A stretch of 64,000 bases of DNA, taken from the NCBI GenBank assembly GCA_964583615.1, contig CAZOWM010000003.1, forward strand, positions 30,934 through 94,933. The letters run 5' to 3'. Positions 10,208-21,300 of this stretch are shown in pieces (position 1 is the first letter of the stretch; the number at the start of each line of letters is the position of its first letter). Under the pieces are notes generated by a model. It was not told the DNA's origin, ran no database searches, and saw only the letters and a list, made by a program, of their open reading frames with translations. Both the position numbers and the translations under genes were made by a program. Source of the DNA: an uncultured Spirochaetota bacterium (GTDB taxonomy: Bacteria; Spirochaetota; B62-G9; DRHN01).

Positions 10208-10273
10208 TACACATTTAATAAGCGGCGTGGGCTCACTAAATCACACGTGTTTCAGAAGAAGGAGGTCGCGGAC

Positions 10274-11287
10274 ATGGGATACAGGGTTGCGGTCGTGGGT
10301 GTGAGCGGGGCTGTTGGTCAGGAATTTCTGAAAGTGCTCTCGGGGAGAAACTTTCCAATAGATGATCTCAGGCTTTTCGGCTCTCACAGAAGTGCGGGAA
10401 GGGAATACATTTTCAAGGATGAGAAAGTTATAGTCTCCGAGCTGAAAAAAAACGATGACTTCAAGAATATCGACATTGCGCTCACTTCAGCGGGAGCCGG
10501 CACATCCCGGGAATTCTGGGAAACGATCACCAAACACGACGCGTTGATGATAGATAATTCCAGCGCTTTCAGGATGGAAGACGATGTCCCTCTTGTCGTG
10601 CCTGAGGTGAATCCGGATGACTGCAAAAACCGCCCGCGCAACATAATCGCAAACCCAAACTGCTCCACCATCCAGATGGTCGTTGCGCTCAAAGCAATCG
10701 AGAACCTTTCCCACATACACACCGTGCATGTGGCCACCTATCAGGCAGCAAGCGGAGCGGGAAACCTCGCGATGCAGGAACTTGAGAATCAGGCTCGCCA
10801 GTATGTGCACGGCGAAAATCTCGAAATCGGCAAATTTCAACATCAACTATTTTTCAATGTGATCCCTCATATTGACGTGTTTCTTGACAATTTCTACACA
10901 AAAGAAGAGATGAAGATGCACCATGAGACGCAAAAGATCATGCACTCAGACGTCAAGGTCAGCGCAACGGCGGTACGAATTCCCATCATGAGGGCGCATT
11001 CCGAGGCGATATGGGCCGAAACGGAAAAAGAGCTCACCGTGCAGGAGGTCCGGGAGGCGTTCAGGAATGCGGACGGCATCACCCTTGTTGACAACCCCTC
11101 CAGGAACGAATACCCGATGCCGCTCATGGCATCAGGAACGGATGACGTCTATGTGGGACGGGTGCGAAAGGATACCACCTCTCCGAATGGGATTGCGTTC
11201 TGGTGCGTTGCAGATCAGATCAGAAAGGGCGCGGCCCTGAATGCGGTGCAGATCGCAGAAGCGTGCATTGCAGAGGGGTGGGTCTAG
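10274..11287 (+). CDS. asd: aspartate-semialdehyde dehydrogenase
   Basis: Start at internal ATG 10274 ([16 protein letters not shown]), preceded by a GAAGGAGG RBS. Active-site NPNCSTI motif. Confidence 0.9.
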   Translation: MGYRVAVVGVSGAVGQEFLKVLSGRNFPIDDLRLFGSHRSAGREYIFKDEKVIVSELKKNDDFKNIDIALTSAGAGTSREFWETITKHDALMIDNSSAFRMEDDVPLVVPEVNPDDCKNRPRNIIANPNCSTIQMVVALKAIENLSHIHTVHVATYQAASGAGNLAMQELENQARQYVHGENLEIGKFQHQLFFNVIPHIDVFLDNFYTKEEMKMHHETQKIMHSDVKVSATAVRIPIMRAHSEAIWAETEKELTVQEVREAFRNADGITLVDNPSRNEYPMPLMASGTDDVYVGRVRKDTTSPNGIAFWCVADQIRKGAALNAVQIAEACIAEGWV

Positions 11288-11321
11288 CCGGCACCGCCGT
11301 AACAGAGTGTATTGCGGCTGC

Positions 11322-12503
11322 TCATTTCCCCTTTAAGAGCAGTTCAATGAGTTTGTGTCCCTGTTCAATGAAGATGCCGGACCGCTTCGCCATTTTTTCG
11401 GAATAGCCCTCCACCTCGTTCGGTTCTACTCCGCTTCCGTACAGAATGAAAGGAACGGGTTCCGAAGAATGGGTTTTCGTTCGGATGGGAGTTGGATGGT
11501 CTGGCATGATGAGCATCCGATAATCCCCTTCGAGCCTGGGGAGAATGCTTCCGAGCAGCCGGGAATCAAAATCCTCGATTGCCTTTACCTTCAGCTGTGC
11601 ATCACCCTGATGACCCGTTTCATCCGGCGCTTCAACATGAACGAACACAAAATCTTTCGTCTGAAGTGCGCGGATCGCCGCATCCGCCTTCCCCTCATAG
11701 TTCGTGTCCACAAATCCGGTCGCCCCTTCTACATGCACCACTTCGAGGCCCGCAAGAACACCGATGCCCCGTATCAGGTCCACTGCGGTGATTACGGAAC
11801 CCGAAATACCGTATGTGTCTTCGAACCGCACGAGGCCTGGCCTGTATCCGTGCCCCCACAGCCATATCTGTGTTGCCGGTAGTTTTTCTTCCTGCAGCCG
11901 CCTCCTGTTGACCTCTTCTGCGGCCAGAATAGGTATTGAGCTTTCCATGAGGGAGCGAACGAGATCCTGGTTCTGCCCATTTGGGAGATAGGAGCTTATG
12001 CTCTTTCCGGAAATGTCATGGGGTGGGGTACAGAAAAGATCCTGAAACGAACCTTTCAGCACACAGATGTGCCGATAATCCACACCCGGATAAAAACGTA
12101 CTCCATCGTTGGCAAGTGAAGTGTTGAGTGCATGGATAAGCTTTTTTGCCTCGGCGGTCGAAATGTGCTCCGAGGAGTAATCGTTCATCTGCCCATTTCG
12201 CACGTTTACCAGATTGCACCTGAAAGCGCAGTCATCCTCCCCGAGCGGGATTCCCATGCTCGCCGCCTCGAGGGGGCCTCGCCCCGTGTAGTACGTGCGC
12301 GGATTGAAACCGAGAAGACTGAGATTTGCCACATCACTTCCAGGCGGAAGCCCTTCAGGAATTGTCCTCACCATTCCGACAATACCTTCACGTGCACACC
12401 GGTTCATATTCACAATACGCGCGGCTTCGAGAGGAGTCCTGTCCCCAAGTGAGGGCACAGGCTCGTCCGCCATACCGTCTCCGACAACAAACAGAAATTT
12501 CAT
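11322..12503 (-). CDS. apgM: 2,3-bisphosphoglycerate-independent phosphoglycerate mutase, archaeal/ApgM type
   Basis: 393 aa. N-terminus MKFLFVVGDGMADEP and C-terminal PDHPTP metal-site motif typical of the ApgM branch of the alkaline-phosphatase superfamily. Confidence 0.8.
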   Translation of the reverse strand: MKFLFVVGDGMADEPVPSLGDRTPLEAARIVNMNRCAREGIVGMVRTIPEGLPPGSDVANLSLLGFNPRTYYTGRGPLEAASMGIPLGEDDCAFRCNLVNVRNGQMNDYSSEHISTAEAKKLIHALNTSLANDGVRFYPGVDYRHICVLKGSFQDLFCTPPHDISGKSISSYLPNGQNQDLVRSLMESSIPILAAEEVNRRRLQEEKLPATQIWLWGHGYRPGLVRFEDTYGISGSVITAVDLIRGIGVLAGLEVVHVEGATGFVDTNYEGKADAAIRALQTKDFVFVHVEAPDETGHQGDAQLKVKAIEDFDSRLLGSILPRLEGDYRMLIMPDHPTPIRTKTHSSEPVPFILYGSGVEPNEVEGYSEKMAKRSGIFIEQGHKLIELLLKGK

Positions 12504-12559
12504 GATTTATCCGTTTCTTTGTAAGATAGTGGATAACGGCGATTTCTTAAAGAAAAAAC

Positions 12560-14044
12560 TCAGCTGTGAGAGGGGGGCCATCTGAGAACCGGATTTCGTG
12601 CTGCTTTCACCTCATCGACCCTGTTGATTTTTGATTTTCTCGGCGCTTTCTTCAGTTCCTTCGGGCGCTCTTTTGCAGCCTCCGCGATCTGGATCATGGC
12701 ATCGATAAATCGGTCAATGGTTTCCCTGCTCTCGGTTTCAGTCGGCTCGATCATCAGAGCCCCATCCACCACAAGGGGAAAATAAATCGTGGGTGGATGG
12801 AACCCGTGGTCGATGAGATTTTTTGCGATATCGAGTGTCGTGATTCCCAGTGGCTTCTGCTCCTTGTCGGTAAAAACGCATTCGTGCATGCAGTTTTTGT
12901 CGTAAGGAAGATGATAATACGGCTTGAGCTTCGAGCGAATATAATTCGCGTTCACAACGGCAGTTGTGCTCGCCTGTCTCAAACCCCGTGCTCCCATAGA
13001 ACATATATACGAATAGGCCTTAACGCAGACTAGAAAATTCCCGTAAAAACTTCGCACCTTTCCGATGGTCTGAGGGCGGTCGTAGCCGAATCTGAACTCC
13101 TCGCCTTCCTTTTCCACGCGTGGAACGGGAAGATAAGGTTCGAAAACCGACTTCACTGCAATGGGCCCCGAACCTGGTCCTCCGCCGCCGTGCGGAGTCG
13201 AAAAAGTCTTGTGGAGGTTCATATGAACGATATCGACCCCAAGTTTTCCTACCTTCACGATTCCCATGAGTGCGTTGAGATTTGCACCGTCGCAGTACAC
13301 AAAACCGCCCTTTTTGTGAACGATCTCGGATATCGCAGCAATATGCGACTCGAACAGACCGAGCGTATTGGGATTCGTGATCATGATCGCCGCAACGTCC
13401 TCGTCCATGAGGGAAGCGACGGTATCCGGCTCGAGTATCCCCTCTTTGCCGGATTTCACCGGTACCGTCTCGAAGCCGCACATTGCCACACTTGCAGGGT
13501 TGGTCCCGTGAGCCGTATCCGGAATCAACACCTTGTGACGTGTGCTGTTCTTTTGCGTACAATATGCTTTGATGATCATCATTGCGGTCAGTTCACCGTG
13601 AGCCCCTGCGGCGGGCTGGAGCGTCACGCAATCCATTCCGGTGATTTCTGCCAGAAATTGTTCAAGCTCCCACAGTACACGCAAACACCCCTGACAAAGG
13701 GATTCCGGTTGAAAGGGATGGCACAATGTGAATCCTCGAAGCGCTGCGATATCTTCGTTGATCTTCGGGTTGTACTTCATAGTGCACGATCCGAGGGGAT
13801 AGAATCCGGTATCAACCCCGTAGTTCCAGTTTGAAAGTCTCGTAAAATGCCGAACGAGCTCGACCTCGCTTATTTCGGGGAATCCGTTTATTTCATCCCG
13901 CATGAGAGATTCAGGAATCGAGCTTTCCGACAAAGGTTTTTCTGTTTCAGGCTCAGGCAGAGAAAAAGCAGTCCTTCCCGGCGACCCAATTTCGAAAATG
14001 AGAGGCTCATCGTGAGCCAGCGTCGTTATGCCCAGAGATTTCAT
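12560..14044 (-). CDS. gcvPB: glycine dehydrogenase (decarboxylating) subunit 2
   Basis: 494 aa, PLP-dependent; matches the GcvPB family with a MNLHKTFSTPHGGGGPG-type PLP-lysine region. Confidence 0.9.
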   Translation of the reverse strand: MKSLGITTLAHDEPLIFEIGSPGRTAFSLPEPETEKPLSESSIPESLMRDEINGFPEISEVELVRHFTRLSNWNYGVDTGFYPLGSCTMKYNPKINEDIAALRGFTLCHPFQPESLCQGCLRVLWELEQFLAEITGMDCVTLQPAAGAHGELTAMMIIKAYCTQKNSTRHKVLIPDTAHGTNPASVAMCGFETVPVKSGKEGILEPDTVASLMDEDVAAIMITNPNTLGLFESHIAAISEIVHKKGGFVYCDGANLNALMGIVKVGKLGVDIVHMNLHKTFSTPHGGGGPGSGPIAVKSVFEPYLPVPRVEKEGEEFRFGYDRPQTIGKVRSFYGNFLVCVKAYSYICSMGARGLRQASTTAVVNANYIRSKLKPYYHLPYDKNCMHECVFTDKEQKPLGITTLDIAKNLIDHGFHPPTIYFPLVVDGALMIEPTETESRETIDRFIDAMIQIAEAAKERPKELKKAPRKSKINRVDEVKAARNPVLRWPPSHS

Positions 14045-14062
14045 TTCCGTTTTCCTTTCGAT

Positions 14063-15412
14063 TTATTTCATTGCGTGTTTTAAAGCTTCACAGAGAATGT
14101 CTATATCCTCCGCGGTATTCGTCTCTGTAAAAGTAAGTAAAATGCAATTCCTCAGCTCGGGGTAGAATTTCTCCATCTGAATCCCGGCAATAATTTTTTT
14201 TTCAATAAGCCTCTTCTCAAGAGTTTCGGAGTCAGCATCAACCTTTATAACGAATTCGTTGAATGTGGGAGAGAAAAATTTAAGCTTTACTGCGCCAAGC
14301 CGGGCGATCTTCTCCTTCGCGTACTCGGCCCGCGCGTGACAGATCCCTGACACACGCCGGATTCCCGTCTTTCCAAGACCGGAAAGATACACCGCGGCCA
14401 TGAGCGCACAGAGCCCCTGATTCGTACACACATTGGATTTTGCTTTTTCTCTCCTTATGTGCTGTTCTCTGGCCGAAAGTGTGAGAACATACGCCTGCCT
14501 TCCGTTTTGATCCTCTGTAAGGCCCACAATTCTTCCCGGCATGTTGCGTACGTACTGTTTCTTCGCAGTAAGAATTCCCAGATAGGGACCCCCAAAACCC
14601 ATCGGGATACCGAGGCTCTGTCCCTCTCCACAGCACATGTCTGCACCGAAATCCCCAGGCGGTTTTAGCACTCCGAATGCGAGTGGCTCTGAAAATGCGG
14701 CAATAAAAAGCGCATCCTTCTCATGGATTATTTTTCCGTATTTTCCGAGGTCCTCTATAATACCGAAGAAGTTCGGTGATTGCAGTACCGCACAGCTCAC
14801 GCCGCCTGCGACGGCTGATTCAAATTGCTTCATGTCCGTCATACCGTTCTCATCATAAGGAATCTCGATAATTTCATTTTCATTTCCGCTGCAGTAGGTT
14901 TCCATTACTTTCCTGTAGTCAGGATGCACGCTCTTTGCGACGACGATCTTCGTTTTTTTCTTCAGCCGCACTGCCATCAGCGCAGCTTCCGCCACACTCG
15001 TTGCCCCGTCGTAGAGTGAGGCGTTTGAAACCTCCATTCCCAGGAGCATGCTGATAAGCGTCTGGAATTCGAACATCGCCTGGAGAGTACCCTGGCTGAT
15101 TTCCGGTTGATACGGGGTATAGGACGTATAAAACTCCGACCTCGACACCAGATGCCTCACCACCGAGGGAATAAAGTGATGATAGACACCTCCTCCGATA
15201 AAGAAACGGTAATCCTGAGCGTTGGCATTTTCCTCACTCAGACGCATCATGTGGGATAAAAGCTCGTATTCTGAAAGTGCATGCGGGAGATTGAGGTCCT
15301 CTCGTAACAGAAATTCTCTCGGAACGATCTCAAAGAGCTCTTCGACATTTTTAACGTTTATATCCGAGAGCATGTCCTGAATATCTGTATCTGTATTCGG
15401 AATGTACCGCAT
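14063..15412 (-). CDS. gcvPA: glycine dehydrogenase (decarboxylating) subunit 1
   Basis: 449 aa; conserved GcvPA N-terminal region (YIPNTD...SF.G.G.Y.H). Confidence 0.9.
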   Translation of the reverse strand: MRYIPNTDTDIQDMLSDINVKNVEELFEIVPREFLLREDLNLPHALSEYELLSHMMRLSEENANAQDYRFFIGGGVYHHFIPSVVRHLVSRSEFYTSYTPYQPEISQGTLQAMFEFQTLISMLLGMEVSNASLYDGATSVAEAALMAVRLKKKTKIVVAKSVHPDYRKVMETYCSGNENEIIEIPYDENGMTDMKQFESAVAGGVSCAVLQSPNFFGIIEDLGKYGKIIHEKDALFIAAFSEPLAFGVLKPPGDFGADMCCGEGQSLGIPMGFGGPYLGILTAKKQYVRNMPGRIVGLTEDQNGRQAYVLTLSAREQHIRREKAKSNVCTNQGLCALMAAVYLSGLGKTGIRRVSGICHARAEYAKEKIARLGAVKLKFFSPTFNEFVIKVDADSETLEKRLIEKKIIAGIQMEKFYPELRNCILLTFTETNTAEDIDILCEALKHAMK

Positions 15413-15441
15413 ACGTTCACCTCGCCTTCATCGGATATGCA

Positions 15442-15831
15442 CTACTCCTCTTCACTTTCAATAAATTTTTCGTAGTCCTCGATCTTCATGAGATTGTCGT
15501 ACTCCGTGCTGTCAACGATTCTGATTTTCACTATCCACCCCTTTTCATAGGGAGACTGATTGAGAATTTCAGGATGACCTTCGAGTTCCTCGTTTATCTC
15601 CAGTACCTCCCCACTCAGCGGTGCATACACATCGCTCGCTGCCTTCACCGACTCAACGACGCAGAACGCTTCTCCCTTTTTGAGCTCTGTGCCGATCTCG
15701 GGGAGCTCCACGAACACCACATCTCCAAGATGCTGCTGTGCGTAATCAGTAATCCCTACGAGAGCCGTATCATTCTCCAAGAGCACCCACTCATGTTCTT
15801 TTGTATACCTTAATTTTTTTGGAAATTCCAT
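15442..15831 (-). CDS. gcvH: glycine cleavage system H protein
   Basis: 129 aa, lipoyl-lysine motif ESVKAASD, N-terminal YTKEHEWV. Confidence 0.9.
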   Translation of the reverse strand: MEFPKKLRYTKEHEWVLLENDTALVGITDYAQQHLGDVVFVELPEIGTELKKGEAFCVVESVKAASDVYAPLSGEVLEINEELEGHPEILNQSPYEKGWIVKIRIVDSTEYDNLMKIEDYEKFIESEEE

Positions 15832-15865
15832 GCCGCATTTCTCCTGTTTGATATCTTCCAGAGTT

Positions 15866-17071
15866 TTATATCTTCACCTGTGAAACAGAGAAAATATTCT
15901 CACTACTGTCCTCGATTTTTCGAACATCCTCTCCTTTCAACATCCCGTCGATCTGTATTCTCGCGCATGCGCCGTCACCGCCCTGAAATATCGTATTTTC
16001 CATGATTTCAACATTTATGCTCGCCTCTCGTATTATATCGAGTACTCCTGCAAGCACACCGACTCTGTTTCGGTGATGCACAGACAGCACATAACTCGCT
16101 GGAGTCTTCTCCAAATAATTTACACAGTTGTATACGTATCCTGTCCTGATATATTCAATCAAAATCCGCAGTGTTTCATCAGCAACAGCAGACTGCGCCT
16201 GCTCGGTCGAAGCACCGATGTGGTGCGTACCGTACACACGCTCATACGTGCCTATTTCGTCTGTAAAAGGACCCTTCTTTTGTGCGGGTTCACCATCAAA
16301 CACATCGAGTCCCGCATGGATTCTTTTCCTTACGACCGCATCCTTCAAAGCATCCTGATCCACAACCTCCGCCCGAGATGTGTTTATGAAAAACGCCCCT
16401 TCTTTCATCGCGTTGAAAAACTCTTTTCCGATCATCTTTCTGGTATCATCAGCAAGCGCGACGTGCACACTCACCGCATCCGCATGACGGGCAACATCGA
16501 TCGGAGTGCTCATATATTCAACTCCCAACTCATCCGCCTTCTCAGGAGTCAGAGACCTGCTCCACGCCACTACTTTCATGCCGAACACAGTCGCCCGCAC
16601 TATCACCTCCCGGCCTATCCGCCCCACCCCGATAACACCGAGCGTTTTTCCATAGATACCCCCCGCTTGGCTGAACTCCTTCTTGTTCCACCTTCCCGCT
16701 CTCAGCTGAATGACATTATCCGGAATTCTTCTGTCAATACTCAATAGAAGCCCGAACGCAAGCTCTGCAACCGCAATGGAATTCTTTCCTGGACAGTTCG
16801 CCACATACACGCTTCTCTCCGAAGCGGTCTTCACATCAATCGTGTTGAAACCGGAACCTGCGCGGATGATAAGGCTTAAAAAAGGAGTTGATGAGATCAT
16901 TTCACCGGTCACGACTGTCGACCGCACGACGAGAACGTCGGGCTGCTGCTCGTGTAACCCCTCGAGGAGACTGTCCCCATCCAGTGATTGCTCGTACACA
17001 ACAGCACACCCCAGCTCTTTGATTCTCTCAATACTTTCTTCAGGAAACTTATCCGCAATAAATACTTTCAT
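15866..17071 (-). CDS. serA: D-3-phosphoglycerate dehydrogenase with C-terminal ACT domain
   Basis: Start MKVFIADKF (ATG 17071). NAD-binding GVIGVGRIGREV; 2-hydroxyacid dehydrogenase catalytic region; ACT-like C-terminus. Confidence 0.85.
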   Translation of the reverse strand: MKVFIADKFPEESIERIKELGCAVVYEQSLDGDSLLEGLHEQQPDVLVVRSTVVTGEMISSTPFLSLIIRAGSGFNTIDVKTASERSVYVANCPGKNSIAVAELAFGLLLSIDRRIPDNVIQLRAGRWNKKEFSQAGGIYGKTLGVIGVGRIGREVIVRATVFGMKVVAWSRSLTPEKADELGVEYMSTPIDVARHADAVSVHVALADDTRKMIGKEFFNAMKEGAFFINTSRAEVVDQDALKDAVVRKRIHAGLDVFDGEPAQKKGPFTDEIGTYERVYGTHHIGASTEQAQSAVADETLRILIEYIRTGYVYNCVNYLEKTPASYVLSVHHRNRVGVLAGVLDIIREASINVEIMENTIFQGGDGACARIQIDGMLKGEDVRKIEDSSENIFSVSQVKI

Positions 17072-17096
17072 AGCCTGCCTCCCGCACATTACATCT

Positions 17097-18320
17097 TTAA
17101 AATTGATGTATCAGAATTCCGGAACGCAGTTTCGGAACAAACCAGGTGGATTTAGGCGGCATAACCTCTCCTGCATCACTTACCGCAAGCAGTTGTTCTA
17201 TGCGCACCGGATTGAAACTGAAAGCCACCCCACCGTTCTCATCGACCAATCTCTTCAGTTTTTCGATGCTCTGCTCCCCGCCGATAAAATCTATCCGCTT
17301 GTCATTTCTCTGGTCAGTAATGCCCAATACCGGCTCCAGAAGCTCTCGCTGAAACAGATTGAGGTCGAGTGATGAGGCGGGGTCCTCAGAAACTTCTTCA
17401 TCCGCGTGCAGCCCGAGACTGTACCACCTTCCGGAAAGGTACATGCAGATGCGCCCTTTCCCCTTGGGCACGCCCGTATCGGATGCTTTTATTTCGAAAT
17501 GTTCACCGACTTTTTCGAGAAATTCTTCACCGCTGGAGCCCCCCAAATCGGAAATCCATCTGTTGTAGGGGAGGATTTTCAGCTGCTTGTCTCCAAAAAG
17601 CACAGCGAGAAAGTAATTGAAATCCTCGTCACCTGAGACGGCCCCGTGAATCTCCTTCATTGCATTTTTCACTCTGCTCGCACCCGCAGCCCTGTGGTGT
17701 CCGTCCGCAATGTAGAGGCAGGGGACTGCGGCAAACTCCTCGACGATTCGCTCACCGGCTTGCGCTTGCCAGACTGTGTGCCGTATTCCGTCTTCTGCAA
17801 CAAAATCGTACAGTGGAGCGTTCTTCGTCTCTCGCTCGATAATACTGTTTATTCCGCCCTGTTCCCTGTAGGTCATCAACACGGGGCCAGCGTGAGCTGA
17901 CAACGTGAGCATGTGCTTCAGCCTGTCGTCCTCCTTCTCCTTTCGGGTGTGTTCGTGTTTTTTTATTATGCCGGCATCGTATTCATCGACCGAACAGCAG
18001 CATGCAACACCTGTCTGGGCGTGATTGTTCATCTCGAGTCTGTATATATAGATTGACGGATCCTGTTCCTTTATGAGGACACCTTCGCTCTCGAGCCGGT
18101 GGAAATTCTTCAGCGCCTGCTGGTAGACTTCTTCCGAGTAGAGATCGGTCCCTTCGGCGAGATCGATTTCGGGTCTGATTACATGGAGAAAGCTCAGGGG
18201 ATTTCCCTTTACGAGTTCCCTCGCCTCAGCCGTTGTTACAACGTCATAGGGAACGCTTGCCACTTCCCTGCACGTCTGCTCCATGGGCCGCATCGCGCGA
18301 AAAGGTCTTATCGTCGCCAT
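17097..18320 (-). CDS. DUF1015-family protein
   Basis: 407 aa (MATIRPFRA...); matches the conserved DUF1015 family. Located between serA and the glyA-gcvT fusion. Confidence 0.75.
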   Translation of the reverse strand: MATIRPFRAMRPMEQTCREVASVPYDVVTTAEARELVKGNPLSFLHVIRPEIDLAEGTDLYSEEVYQQALKNFHRLESEGVLIKEQDPSIYIYRLEMNNHAQTGVACCCSVDEYDAGIIKKHEHTRKEKEDDRLKHMLTLSAHAGPVLMTYREQGGINSIIERETKNAPLYDFVAEDGIRHTVWQAQAGERIVEEFAAVPCLYIADGHHRAAGASRVKNAMKEIHGAVSGDEDFNYFLAVLFGDKQLKILPYNRWISDLGGSSGEEFLEKVGEHFEIKASDTGVPKGKGRICMYLSGRWYSLGLHADEEVSEDPASSLDLNLFQRELLEPVLGITDQRNDKRIDFIGGEQSIEKLKRLVDENGGVAFSFNPVRIEQLLAVSDAGEVMPPKSTWFVPKLRSGILIHQF

Positions 18321-18345
18321 TGGTTTCTCCTTTTCTTCGATTTGA

Positions 18346-21300
18346 TCATTCAGTAAAACGCCCTTCTTCAGGAAACCTGCTTATTATGCGCGCATCATCA
18401 TGGAGCTGAACCCTGTCGCCGATACGCGGTCTCTCTGAGGCCGTTTTTTTCTCCTTCTCCTCACGCTGACACGCGATAACGCCGATGGGTGTGCCCTCCC
18501 GGGCGTATCTCCTGTCAACATACGCCATGCCGACCTGGACACCGTCTGTTCCAAGGGCACAGCTGGTCACCATGCCAATTATTTTCTGCCCTCTCTTGGC
18601 TACGACAATATCGTCCGTGCGTGCGATTCTCACGCCCGGCCTGCTCATCCTGAAACGTACGATCTCCATTTTCATCGAATTCATATTTCTCATCAGTGCG
18701 TTTCTTCCGATGAAAAAGGGTTTGTGAAGCTTTACATATGATCCGAACCCGGCCTCAACCGGTGAAATGCCGAGCTCTCCTGCAAGCTCATGCCCGTACA
18801 GGGGAAGACCCGCCTCGATTCTCAGAGAATCACGCGCTCCAAGACCGATCGGTTTTACACCGAACCGTGCCCCTTGGTCCAAAACCGCATTCCAGAACCG
18901 GACCGCCGCATCAGGATGAAGAAGGAGCTCAAAACCTGTGTCCTCTCCGGTATATCCGGTGCGGCTTACATACATCCTTATTCCCGCAATTTCCGCCTCT
19001 ATAAACTGTGTCTTTTGCACCCTTTCGAGCTTTTTGCTGCACCCGGCTGAACCTGCGAGCGCTTTTAACACGAGAAGCGAATTTGGTCCCTGAAGAGCGA
19101 TATTCACAAGACAGTCAACTCCCCATGCCCTGTTTTTCAGATTACGAATCTCAACCCCGCCGGGTGGACGAAGTGTGGGATTGTTCCTGCCTGCCGGTAC
19201 GTCGCCGGATTTCACCGCTTTCATCCATTCGAGATCCCGGTCACTGTTGACCGCATTGACGATGATGATATATCGCTCATTTCCCACCCGGTACACCATG
19301 ATATCGTCGATAACTCCTCCGTCAGGATCGAGAAGATAACTGTACTGGGACTCCCAATTTGTTATCCACGGCACATAGTTTGTTGTAACGATATCCAGGA
19401 AACTCTCCGCATACTCGCCCCTGACTTCGATAATTCCCATATGGGAGATGTCGAAAATACCGCATGCCTCCCGAACTGTCCTGTGCTCTTCGACGATTCC
19501 TTCATATTTTACCGGCATGAGCCACCCCGCAAACTCAACGAGGCTCTTCGTCAGTTTCACATGCTCTGCATAGAGACAGCTCTTTTTGACAGGCTTCTGG
19601 CCCTCTCCGAACACAAACTCCTTCTCCGCTCCGTCCCGGGAAGAGGCAATCATGCTCTGTGCAACGAAATACGGTTTCGACATGTCGATGAACTGTGGTG
19701 CGCGCGCAGCAAGATCACGGACATCTTCTCCCCTGCCGAACGCTGAAAAGGCGGTTTCTTCTATACCCAACGCTTTCACGGAGCGTGCGATTCTCTCCCT
19801 GTCACCTGCGGAGAGCTCGTGAAAGTCATAGATCTGTGCCGGGCCCTCAACCTTTTTGAAAATATCTTCAGAATCGAATTCCACATAGCCGTCCGCAACT
19901 CCCCGAAGCCACTCTCTCAAATCCTCTCCATCTTCGGGTCTGCACACCACGCAGTACTCGTCAGCCGACTCACGAAACACGTAAGTGAAGGCAAGCAGCT
20001 TTCCTCCCCTGTCAAAAAAAAACGAGTAACACCCTTCCCCCTTTGCTCGCCTCCCTACTGAATTGGTGGTGACCTGCTCGATGAACCGATGCACCCGTTC
20101 ACCCTTCAGCAAAAGAACCCCGTGAGTGTTTTCCGCCGAGAAAGGCCTGACCGGTGTAAAAACTGTATAGTGCGGATACCCTGTTCCCAGAGATGCCCTC
20201 TCGGAGCTCAGCGACCCCGCCAGGTCGGCAACTCTCCGTCTGGCTTCTCTCAGTACACCGTAGTCGACCTTTCCTCTCGGGAGGTCGCCGGTGAGGCCGA
20301 GATAGGTAAAGGGACGTATGTTTTTGAGCACGAATGCAATAATACCCGCCAGTTTTTCGATCCCCTGTTTCGTGATGCCTCTCTGTGTAATCCATGGAGT
20401 ACCGAGCCTGATTCCGCTTGCTTCGGCGGTCATCGTATCTCCGGGAATCGTATTCTTGTTGGCCACGATTCCGCACAGGTCGAGCATCCGCACACCGATT
20501 TCCCCTTTCAGCGGAAACCCGCTTTCCGTCTTGATCTTTCCGAGATCAAGAAGCAGGAGATGGGTATCCGTTCCGCCGTACGCGAGCGTCATCCCCTCGT
20601 TTTCAAGGGCACGCGCAAGATATGCGGCGTTTCTGACGATTGCCTTCTGGGCCCTTTTGAACTCCTCGCTCTGAGCGATTCTGAATGCAACCGCCATTGC
20701 TGCAAACTTGTTCACATGAGGCCCCCCCTGCTCCCCCGGAAACACGGACTGGTCGATCATCCGGCCGTACTCTTCGTTTGCCGTCATTATAATGGCCCCG
20801 CGCGGCCCGAAGAGAGTCTTGTGCGTGGTACAGGTAACCACATCTGCATAGTCGATCGGGTTTGGGTACACACCGCCGACGATCAGGCCGGCGGGATGCG
20901 AGATATCTGCAAAGAGAACGGCGTCCACCGCATCCGCGATCTGTCTGAATTTCTCCCAGTCGGGCGCCCAGGGATAGGAGGTATAACCTGCAATGATCAT
21001 CTTTGGGCGGTGCGTCTCTGCCAGATCCATGATGTCATCGTAATTGAGACGTCCCGTTGCGGCATCCACTTCATAGGAAACGATCGTGTAGTTTTTTCCC
21101 GATCTGTTGAACTCACTGCCGTGAGTGAGATGGCCGCCGTGCATGAGACTCAATCCCATGACAACATCCCCTGGATGCACAAAGGTATCGTACACAGAAT
21201 TGTTCGCGGCAGCTCCCGAGAGAGGCTGCACATTTACGTGTATGCAATTCGCAGGAGTTCTTTCCGTGGCAAAGAGTTCAGCAGCCCTCCTTCCTGCAAG

